64,000 nucleotides of DNA, from the sequence record NC_047754.1, one strand, 5' to 3'. The notes beneath the pieces were generated by a model. The model was not told where the DNA came from. It ran no database searches and was given only the letters and a program-made list of their open reading frames with translations. Position numbers and translations under genes: made by a program. Position 1 is the first letter of the stretch. The number at the start of each line of letters is the position of its first letter. Positions 57,376 through 64,000 of this stretch are shown one piece after another. The stretch comes from Escherichia phage phiAPCEc03.

Positions 57376-57404
57376 TTGCTAAACGCTTCAAATTCTCGTA
57401 TAAT
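57376..57404 (+). promoter_or_regulatory. T5-type early promoter
   Basis: TTGCTA at 57376-57381, 17-bp spacer, TATAAT at 57399-57404. Confidence 0.7.
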
Positions 57405-57442
57405 ATACTTCATAAATTGATAAACAAAAAGGAAAATAAATA

Positions 57443-57958
57443 ATGGCTAAGCAGAAAAACGCAAAAACTCAAGCAGCTCCGGCAGTTAAAACTTTCCCGA
57501 AGACTGAGGCTAATCGCAAAGCTCGCCTGGAACGTCACCTGCGTAAGCATCCTACCGATGCTCAGGCTGCACAAGCACTGAATAATCCGGCTCCGATTCG
57601 TCAAAAGCCGAAGGCTAAGAACGCAACTCGTTCTGTAGCCCGCCTTGTGACCTATGTACAGGGTTACGGTCACAAATCTGTTCCAGTAGTACTGAGTTTC
57701 AATGCTGGAGCAGAATTGTTCCCTCGTAATGGCATGGCCATGAAAGATTACGAGAAAGCAGTTAACCAGAAGCGTAAACCAACAGCAGATGTATTGCGTG
57801 ATACTCGTGGACAGTTTGGTTCTGTTAAGCCAAATATCTTTGGCGTAGAGTATAGTAAAGATAATGTTCGTGCTCTGTGTTACGGTATAGGCATTAAGTT
57901 CACTGGTGATTCTGCTTGTAAATCTGCTAAACCAGCTCGCAAGCGTAAAGCGAAGTAA
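57443..57958 (+). CDS. Basic, Lys/Arg-rich putative nucleic-acid-binding protein
   Basis: 171 aa, basic N- and C-termini (KQKNAKTQ..., ...KPARKRKAK); SD AAGGAAA. Confidence 0.5.
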   Translation: MAKQKNAKTQAAPAVKTFPKTEANRKARLERHLRKHPTDAQAAQALNNPAPIRQKPKAKNATRSVARLVTYVQGYGHKSVPVVLSFNAGAELFPRNGMAMKDYEKAVNQKRKPTADVLRDTRGQFGSVKPNIFGVEYSKDNVRALCYGIGIKFTGDSACKSAKPARKRKAK

Positions 57959-58021
57959 TAGATAAATAGGGGCTTCTGCCCCTACAATCTACTAATTCTC
58001 TAACTAATCAAGGATATTTTT

Positions 58022-58237
58022 ATGTTCTCTAAGAAACCACGTTCTGTTACTGAAATCGTTGCTTCCTTTACCACTATCACTGATGAGCTTCAAGCTCGTA
58101 TTGAGGCTGATCAAAAAATCGCTGCTGATATTCAGAAACAGCAGGAAGAACTCGCTTTAAAGTTGGCTGAAACCAACAAGAGTGAAAAATCTGCCCAAAC
58201 TATTATGGAAAATATCCTTAAACTGCTGGGCAAGTGA
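58022..58237 (+). CDS. Hypothetical small protein
   Basis: 71 aa ORF followed by hairpin GGGGGCGAAAGCCCC. Confidence 0.45.
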   Translation: MFSKKPRSVTEIVASFTTITDELQARIEADQKIAADIQKQQEELALKLAETNKSEKSAQTIMENILKLLGK

Positions 58238-58278
58238 TTTAAATCAGGGGGCGAAAGCCCCTCTTATTTGGAGAAACT

Positions 58279-58515
58279 ATGCGTAATTTTGTAGCAAAGA
58301 ATGATTTTAACCGTGCTAGCACCCATAAGTCAGCTAGGGATTATACACGACTTTCTAGTCATGAGGTAATGGATACCTGTTATGAAGAGCTGGAAGGTAG
58401 CTGGAATGAATGGCCCGACTTCTCTATGGAAGAGAACTGGGATATCAGTGAGGATATGCTTCCTGGTTTTAAAGACCCCAAGAAGTGGGAGTCTATTAAA
58501 GAGACAGCTCTTTAA
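58279..58515 (+). CDS. Hypothetical small acidic protein
   Basis: 78 aa ORF with SD GGAG upstream. Confidence 0.45.
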   Translation: MRNFVAKNDFNRASTHKSARDYTRLSSHEVMDTCYEELEGSWNEWPDFSMEENWDISEDMLPGFKDPKKWESIKETAL

Positions 58516-58543
58516 TAGTTTTCTACACAATAAAGGATAAGTT

Positions 58544-59245
58544 ATGAAAGTAAAACCATTTGGTATGCTAGATATTGAATCTCTAGGAACTCCAGGAGAT
58601 TGTGGTACTACTCATATCGTAATGCCTTCTTTCGCTTTTGTGGCTATGCATGGGGTTGATAAAGACCCTGACTTAGTATTTGTTACTTTGGATGTGCAGG
58701 ATCAGCTTAATTCTGGTGCCAAAGTTACAGCATCTACTCTAGCATTCTGGATGGATCAAGCTAAAAATAGCCCGTCTGCTATTCACATTATGGAAGCTAT
58801 GAACGAGCGTAATCCAAAACTGATTGCCTTCCAAAATGGTAAACATCATTGTACTAATAAACTTGGCTCTAACTATGCTGCCTTCTCTATGGCTCAAAAT
58901 ATTATGAAGTTGGCTCTAGGCGAAAATGCTTTGTATTATGGCAATGGCCCAGAGTTTGATATGACTATCTACTCTGCAAACACGTTCCATGCTGGAACCA
59001 ATGAAGAGGTAATTCCGTGGAAATTCTGGAATTTGGGTAATGTTCGATCTCTTCGTAATCTCTGGATGCAAGCTGGATACAGTTATAAGGCTCTAGAGAC
59101 CGAAGGTATTAGCTGGGCAATAGCTAAAATGGAGAAGATGGACACCATTCGTTATGGGATATATCCGGTTAAGCACGACCCAGCATTCGATGCCTTAGTT
59201 GAGAGCTATTGTGTTGCGGCTATGATCGAAAAAATGAAAATTTGA
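58544..59245 (+). CDS. DEDDh-type 3'-5' exonuclease-like protein
   Basis: 233 aa; candidate Exo I MLDIESLG, Exo II FDMTIY, Exo III H-x4-D (HDPAFDALV); SD AAGGATAAG. Confidence 0.55.
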   Translation: MKVKPFGMLDIESLGTPGDCGTTHIVMPSFAFVAMHGVDKDPDLVFVTLDVQDQLNSGAKVTASTLAFWMDQAKNSPSAIHIMEAMNERNPKLIAFQNGKHHCTNKLGSNYAAFSMAQNIMKLALGENALYYGNGPEFDMTIYSANTFHAGTNEEVIPWKFWNLGNVRSLRNLWMQAGYSYKALETEGISWAIAKMEKMDTIRYGIYPVKHDPAFDALVESYCVAAMIEKMKI

Positions 59246-59246
59246 T

Positions 59247-59275
59247 TTGCTTCCGGCCCCAAAATTCTGTATAAT
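59247..59275 (+). promoter_or_regulatory. T5-type early promoter
   Basis: TTGCTT at 59247-59252, 17-bp spacer, TATAAT at 59270-59275. Confidence 0.7.
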
Positions 59276-59315
59276 ATATTCATAAATTTGAGAAAACAAT
59301 AAAAGGAAAACAAAT

Positions 59316-59498
59316 ATGCCAGTATCTAAAAATGTTCGTAAAAATGGTAAGAAAGCTACTCGTAATCTGGGTATCCGTCGTATGGCTGAACGTCAATCAG
59401 GTGTCCAGAAAATCTTTGATCTGCTAAATCGTGCTAATCCTAAAATTGATAACAGTAACGATACTGTTCTGCGCACTCTGCTGGCAATTGGTCTGTAA
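59316..59498 (+). CDS. Hypothetical small basic protein
   Basis: 60 aa ORF with SD AAGGAAA. Confidence 0.45.
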   Translation: MPVSKNVRKNGKKATRNLGIRRMAERQSGVQKIFDLLNRANPKIDNSNDTVLRTLLAIGL

Positions 59499-59551
59499 TA
59501 GATCAAATTTAAACAAATTCAAATCTCAAACTTCATATAAGGAAGCAAATA

Positions 59552-60190
59552 ATGACTACTCGTATTTCTAAAACTCGCGCTCTGGCAACTATCAAATCTC
59601 TGGAAGCTAAAATCCGTAAAGCTACTGAACAACAGCTTCTGATCGCTGTTGGTGAAGGTAAGGATAAAAATAAGGTTGTAGTTGGCGCTGCAATCGAAGT
59701 AGACGATCTATCTGCTCGTATTAAGGCAGATTTCCAATCTCTCCTAGATATGATGTCCCAGCGTGATCGTATCAAAGCTGCTCTGATTAAGAGCAATGCG
59801 GAAACAATCGTTGAGATTGGCTCTCGTAAGATGACTGTTGCGGAAGCAATTGAAGCTAAGCGTTCTATGGAGCTTAAAGCTCAGCTGCTGGCTAACATGC
59901 GTAAGCAGTTCCATGCCGCTACGGTTAAGTTTAATACGCAGAAAGCACAGTTTGATGCTAAATATGAGCGTTTGCAGGATAGCATGGCTACCCGCGATAA
60001 GAAAACTTCCGAAGATGAAGTTAAAATGCAGCTCAACCTGCTGGAACTCAAGAATACTCCATTCTTGATTGATCCGCTGGAACTGGAGAAGCTGATTAAG
60101 CAGCATGACGAGGAATACCAGGACTTTGCAACAAATGTTGACTTTGTTCTGTCCGAGTCTAACGCCTCTACCTTCATTGAAGTAGAGTAA
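59552..60190 (+). CDS. Hypothetical protein
   Basis: 212 aa ORF with SD AAGGAAG; preferred over the antisense ORF 59744..60331. Confidence 0.55.
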   Translation: MTTRISKTRALATIKSLEAKIRKATEQQLLIAVGEGKDKNKVVVGAAIEVDDLSARIKADFQSLLDMMSQRDRIKAALIKSNAETIVEIGSRKMTVAEAIEAKRSMELKAQLLANMRKQFHAATVKFNTQKAQFDAKYERLQDSMATRDKKTSEDEVKMQLNLLELKNTPFLIDPLELEKLIKQHDEEYQDFATNVDFVLSESNASTFIEVE

Positions 60191-60573
60191 TAATTTAAAA
60201 GCTAGTAAATCGGTAGACGAAAGCCCAAGCATCTTACCTCGCACCAGCGGTTGAAATACGAGGTTAAATAAGACCGCTGACCATACTATAAAGTATAATC
60301 TATTGGAGATTATGTTTATTACATCAGACATTTAATCTGACACGTAAAAACAAAGCGTCGTTGATATTACCGACACAACTTCAAAGATCAACATTTAAGT
60401 ATGAAAGCTGAAAAGTTTAAAGAACTCAAACTTCTAAACTTCTAAAGCTAAAAGATGCAAAGTATTCGTTGATGATTCAAACCCTAGATCAAAGGTACAT
60501 GGCTCATAAGATATGGCCTGTGGCGCCTCTAGGCTGTTTATCGGTTTACTAGTTTCACAATTTAAAAATGTAT

Positions 60574-60602
60574 TTGCTAATTTATTAAGTTATCTGTATA
60601 AT
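60574..60602 (+). promoter_or_regulatory. T5-type early promoter
   Basis: TTGCTA at 60574-60579, 17-bp spacer, TATAAT at 60597-60602. Confidence 0.7.
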
Positions 60603-60632
60603 ATATTTTTAAATTGATGAAACGAGGCTATT

Positions 60633-60950
60633 ATGACTTTTCATATTTTGATTGATGATGTGCGTAATCTTCACGGAATGGACATTATCATTCGAACCCC
60701 AGAAGCCGCTGTAGAGTTTCTGAATAAAACTGATACCACAGGCCACTTCGTTTATATGGATAATGACTTGGCTGTAGATGGTATGGAAGGTTATCAAATT
60801 CTTCGTTTACTCTTAGAATTTGGGCAGAGACCAAAGAAAGTGGTACTAGTAACCTCGAACCCAGTAGCTAAGCAACATATGCGTAATGATTTGCTTGACT
60901 TAGGGTACAAAGAAAACCCCAATCGTGTTGAATATGATTGGCAGGAGTAA
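60633..60950 (+). CDS. Small protein with receiver-like (CheY-like) fold signature, function unknown
   Basis: 105 aa; beta-alpha pattern HILIDDVRN...DIIIRTPEAAVEFL...FVYMDNDL...KVVLVTSNP. Confidence 0.45.
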   Translation: MTFHILIDDVRNLHGMDIIIRTPEAAVEFLNKTDTTGHFVYMDNDLAVDGMEGYQILRLLLEFGQRPKKVVLVTSNPVAKQHMRNDLLDLGYKENPNRVEYDWQE

Positions 60951-60955
60951 AAAGA

Positions 60956-61405
60956 ATGAAGGCAGCTTTGCTTTTAGTAGCTGCCCTTACCTTCAGCTTT
61001 AGTAGTCAGGCATCGCACGATGCAAAAGAAATAGATTGCATTGCTAAAAATATCTATTTCGAAAGTCGTGGTGAGGGCATAAAGGGAATGACGGCGATTG
61101 CACACGTTACTAAAAACCGTGTAAACTCCGGTAAATTCCCAGATTCCTACTGTAAAGTAGTATATCAGTCTAACCAGTTCTCTTGGGTATCTAAGAGACC
61201 AAAAGTTGATAAAACTGATGAGGCTTGGCAAACCGCTAAGAATTTAGCTAGAGTGATATACTACGTTGATTTACCACAAGATCCTACATATGGAGCACTA
61301 TACTTCCATAGTGGTAAAGATAAACCTTACTGGACAAAGAAGTTTAAGAAAACAACTAAGATTAAGGGACATACGTTTTATAAACCTGTTGTCACTAAAA
61401 CTTAA
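60956..61405 (+). CDS. Secreted SleB-like cell-wall hydrolase
   Basis: Signal peptide MKAALLLVAALTFSFSSQA, then CIAKNIYFESRGEGIKGMTAIAHVTKNRVNSGKFP...QFSW resembling SleB/CwlJ-type domains; ATG at 60956 with SD GGAG. Confidence 0.6.
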   Translation: MKAALLLVAALTFSFSSQASHDAKEIDCIAKNIYFESRGEGIKGMTAIAHVTKNRVNSGKFPDSYCKVVYQSNQFSWVSKRPKVDKTDEAWQTAKNLARVIYYVDLPQDPTYGALYFHSGKDKPYWTKKFKKTTKIKGHTFYKPVVTKT

Positions 61406-61413
61406 AAATTTAC

Positions 61414-61442
61414 TTGCTTAAATACTTAAATTTCCGTATAAT
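61414..61442 (+). promoter_or_regulatory. T5-type early promoter
   Basis: TTGCTT at 61414-61419, 17-bp spacer, TATAAT at 61437-61442. Confidence 0.7.
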
Positions 61443-61473
61443 ACTTCCATGAATTAATGAGAGGAAGCGAAAT

Positions 61474-61644
61474 ATGAAATCAGTTGTAATTATTGGTGTT
61501 AACACTCGCGGTATTCGTACTACGAAAACTGTTAAAACTTCTAACGTTGCTGAAATCACTACGAACCCTAAAAAGTTTGATTTCGCCAAAGTCTCAGCAG
61601 TTATGACAGAACAATCTTTTAACCAAGCGTTAGGAATGAAATAA
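61474..61644 (+). CDS. Hypothetical small protein (below ORF-track cutoff)
   Basis: 56 aa ORF (MKSVVIIGVNTRGIRTTKTVK...) with SD GAGAGGAAG; stop overlaps next start (TAATGG). Confidence 0.4.
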   Translation: MKSVVIIGVNTRGIRTTKTVKTSNVAEITTNPKKFDFAKVSAVMTEQSFNQALGMK

Positions 61645-62087
61645 TGGAAGAGAATATTTTAGATGTTTTGCGTAGAGCTTTGCAGGATTCTAAGTTTAAT
61701 GGTTCTGATAAAGAAGTCGCTAAAAGCTATCAGACCATAATCGGGGATCTTCAGCGTATTAATAAAGATTTCATCACTTCTGAACAATTTGTGTCTTATC
61801 TCAAAGCTCAACTAAAAAGCATTAACCAGATGAAAGCTAAACTTCATGGTCAAGATCTTGATAGTTATAGCTTGCAGTCCGCTCAGTATGAATACATTCT
61901 AAATAAGTGGTTGCAGGAGTATCTGCCTCCTCAGTTATCTGATACTGAAATTCGTGAGTATTTTGCAGAACTGGTTAAGTTAAACCCAGGTATTACCAAA
62001 GCTCTATTAATGAAAACTATTAAGGCAGAATTTCCTGGACGTTATGATGGTAAAACAACTGCTTTGATTGCTAGTGAATTTTTCTAA
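61644..62087 (+). CDS. GatB/YqeY-domain protein
   Basis: 147 aa; C-terminus EIREYFAELVKLNPGITKALLMKTIKAEFPGRYDGKTTALIASEFF resembles YqeY/GatB C-terminal domains. Confidence 0.55.
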   Translation: MEENILDVLRRALQDSKFNGSDKEVAKSYQTIIGDLQRINKDFITSEQFVSYLKAQLKSINQMKAKLHGQDLDSYSLQSAQYEYILNKWLQEYLPPQLSDTEIREYFAELVKLNPGITKALLMKTIKAEFPGRYDGKTTALIASEFF

Positions 62088-62095
62088 AAATTCAT

Positions 62096-62124
62096 TTGCT
62101 AAATGCTTATAAATTCTGTATAAT
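62096..62124 (+). promoter_or_regulatory. T5-type early promoter driving the tRNA/ncRNA region
   Basis: TTGCTA at 62096-62101, 17-bp spacer, TATAAT at 62119-62124; no protein-coding ORF follows for ~900 nt. Confidence 0.7.
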
Positions 62125-62339
62125 ATATTCATAAATTAGGGAACAGCGAGCCGATTACGCTGAGTGCATAATCCCAACCGGAGCGCATTGAATAGAGTCG
62201 GTGGGTTAGTTGTAAAACTAGTACACAGGGGGCGGCAATCCCGGTTAGTGGCTAGAACGTGTAAAATGAGGCGTCTGAAACCTCTCCCCTAAACTCTTCT
62301 CTAATTTATAAATAGTGGGGTGTGGAAATCACTTATGTA

Positions 62340-62420
62340 GTAACACTGCCGTCCTAGTATAATTGGTATTATTAAGCCGTAACTGGTGGAAGATGTAGGT
62401 TCGAATCCTACGGTCGGTAA
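62340..62420 (+). ncRNA. tRNA-like element with canonical T-arm (possible degenerate tRNA)
   Basis: Canonical T-arm GTAGG-TTCGAAT-CCTAC at 62395-62411 and D-loop-like TAGTATAATTGGTA; I could not fold a full cloverleaf by hand. Confidence 0.3.
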
Positions 62421-62498
62421 GAACTGGATAACTGGTGCTTTTAACGTAAAAGCTTCCGAGGTTAGTTGCGCACTGCCTAAACCACGCGGTAGTTGGTT

Positions 62499-62520
62499 CC
62501 AGACTAACCAACCAGTCTGC
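62499..62520 (+). other. Stable hairpin in ncRNA region (processing site or terminator)
   Basis: CAGACT-AACCAACC-AGTCTG inverted repeat. Confidence 0.35.
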
Positions 62521-62921
62521 TGAATAGTTTTATTACGATTTAACTATGTCCAGGCTAAAGAAGAACTTTAGAAGGTATTCTAGGATAGTGAAGTTCTTTC
62601 TCCATATCGGAGTAGTTTTTCAAGCTATCCACAAAGTGGGAAATGCTGACATGAGAGATGTCACTAATGGTGCACAATAGCACAGGTAATTCGCGATAAC
62701 TCCTGTTGAGTAGCAGCAAAAGGCGGGAAGTCATGACCCCAAGCCTAACCGAGTCCTCAATATACCGCAGGACATAACCACTAAGTCACCCTGACTTAAA
62801 CTGGAAAATAATAGACGTTACTGTATTTTGTCTTGAAATACTTAATGAGTGAGACTTAGGACTCTCCCGGTATCGTCTGTATTTTTAAGAGTTTTTACGA
62901 GAGTTCTTAAAAATACTTAAA

Positions 62922-62996
62922 CGGGGTGTAGTCTAAGGGAGAGGCAGGAGTCTTCTAAATTCCTTTATGCAGGTTCGAATCCTGTCACCTCGGCCA
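62922..62996 (+). tRNA. tRNA-Arg (anticodon UCU), CCA encoded
   Basis: Hand-folded cloverleaf: acceptor CGGGGTG/CACCTCG (one G-U), U8, D-stem GTCT/AGGC, anticodon stem GGAGT/ATTCC with loop CT-TCT-AA, T-arm GCAGG-TTCGAAT-CCTGT, discriminator G then CCA. Confidence 0.7.
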
Positions 62997-63030
62997 ATTT
63001 TATTAACTGTAACTAAAACAAAGGAAATAT

Positions 63031-63978
63031 ATGTTTAATACTAAAAATATGAAAGAACTGACTTCTGAGCAGAAAGTAATTCGTACTATTAAACGTTGGG
63101 GTATTGGTGCTGTAGTTGGTTTAGCAGGCTTGATTCTAGCCTTTAATTCATATACTATTGTTTCTGATGGTACGGTTAAAACCCAAACATTCCTGGGTAA
63201 AGTAGATCCTAATCCAGTATTGCCTGGTTTCCATCTTGTAAACCCGTTTGCATCTTTCGATACTTTTAGTACAAAAGATATTGCTGTAAAATTAGATAAA
63301 CTTCAGGTTCCTAGCCAGGATAAGTTTAAATCCACTGTTGACCTGACTGTTATGTTGCAGTTTGATGGTTCTAAGGCACCGATTAACCGTATTAATGCAG
63401 GTACTCAGGATCAAGCGTTAGACAAATATGTAACTGAAAAATTACTGTCTACTATTCGTGAGTTTGGTAAGTCTGTGCCTAAAGCACAAGATTTATTTGA
63501 TGCTAAAATCCAGGCTCAATTGCAAACTGCAATTCAACAAGAAGTTGAAGAGTATGCACGCCCATATGGTTACACAGTTAAGCAGGTATTCCTTCAGGAT
63601 ATTACTCTGCCACCAGTAATCATGGAACAGGTACAGAATACCAAAGTTCGTGAAGAACAAGTTAATGCTGCGAAAGCTGAATTGGCTCGCGTTGAACAGG
63701 AAGCACAGCAAAAAGTTAAACAAGCAGAAGCAGACCGTGAAGCTCGCAACAACCAAGCTATTGCCAATGAACGTGACGCAGATGCTAAACTGTATGCAGC
63801 TAAGAAAGAAGCTGAAGCTAACGCCGCGCTGCAACGTACCATTACTCCTGAGATGATTCGCTGGAAGCAACTAGAAGTTGAAATGATTCGTGCTCAGAAG
63901 TATCAAGGTGGTGTACCGCAGACTGTGGTTGGCACTGGTTACGATGGCCAGATGATTATGGATATGCGTAATAAGTAA
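63031..63978 (+). CDS. SPFH/band-7 (prohibitin/HflK-like) membrane protein
   Basis: 315 aa; N-terminal TM helix (GIGAVVGLAGLILAF), SPFH-like core, C-terminal Ala/Glu/Gln-rich coiled coil; SD AAGGAAA. Confidence 0.6.
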   Translation: MFNTKNMKELTSEQKVIRTIKRWGIGAVVGLAGLILAFNSYTIVSDGTVKTQTFLGKVDPNPVLPGFHLVNPFASFDTFSTKDIAVKLDKLQVPSQDKFKSTVDLTVMLQFDGSKAPINRINAGTQDQALDKYVTEKLLSTIREFGKSVPKAQDLFDAKIQAQLQTAIQQEVEEYARPYGYTVKQVFLQDITLPPVIMEQVQNTKVREEQVNAAKAELARVEQEAQQKVKQAEADREARNNQAIANERDADAKLYAAKKEAEANAALQRTITPEMIRWKQLEVEMIRAQKYQGGVPQTVVGTGYDGQMIMDMRNK

Positions 63979-64000
63979 TACCCACGCGTAATATTCAAAG

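Noticed and set aside
59744-60331. 195-aa - strand ORF overlapping 59552..60190
   Set aside because: The + strand gene has a promoter-proximal SD and continues the + strand early cluster; the - strand ORF has no promoter or SD and runs into the non-coding gap.
62340-62420. Second complete tRNA at the first GGTTCGAATCC motif
   Set aside because: The T-arm is canonical but I could not pair an acceptor stem or anticodon stem by hand; reported only as a low-confidence tRNA-like element.
1-64000. CRISPR arrays, integrase/att sites, transposases
   Set aside because: No regularly spaced direct repeats with unique spacers were seen, and no recombinase- or transposase-like ORF; the repeats present are promoter copies and in-frame fibre repeats, consistent with a virulent phage.

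Overview
This window reads as a segment of a T5-like siphovirus genome (Tequintavirus-type), in reverse orientation to the usual T5 map. It has three blocks. (1) 1-21,000, + strand: late structural module (prohead protease C-terminus, major capsid protein with fused scaffold domain, neck proteins, tail tube, chaperone pair, tape measure, Dit, baseplate hub, pb4-like protein, collar, two tail-fibre proteins). (2) 21,100-49,200, - strand: early replication and recombination module (dUTPase, flap endonuclease, SbcCD-like pair, SF2 helicase, family A DNA polymerase, DnaG-like primase, DnaB-like helicase, split NAD-dependent ligase, anaerobic RNR), interrupted by HNH-AP2 homing endonucleases and an 11-gene operon holding a Sir2-like protein. 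(3) 49,300-64,000, + strand: early nucleotide-metabolism genes (PhoH, NrdA, HNH, NrdB, DHFR, thymidylate synthase, RNase H) followed by small genes each with its own strong promoter, a tRNA/ncRNA region and an SPFH-domain protein. At least 20 promoters share a TTGCTa -35 and TATAAT -10 with 17-bp spacing; one (39,681-39,709, - strand) matches the T5 PN25 promoter as I recall it. All protein calls rest on motifs read from the translations and on T5 gene order and lengths from memory; no database search was run. The most interesting candidates are the Sir2-like operon, the fibre module, the conserved late-gene intergenic motif and the tRNA-adjacent accessory genes.
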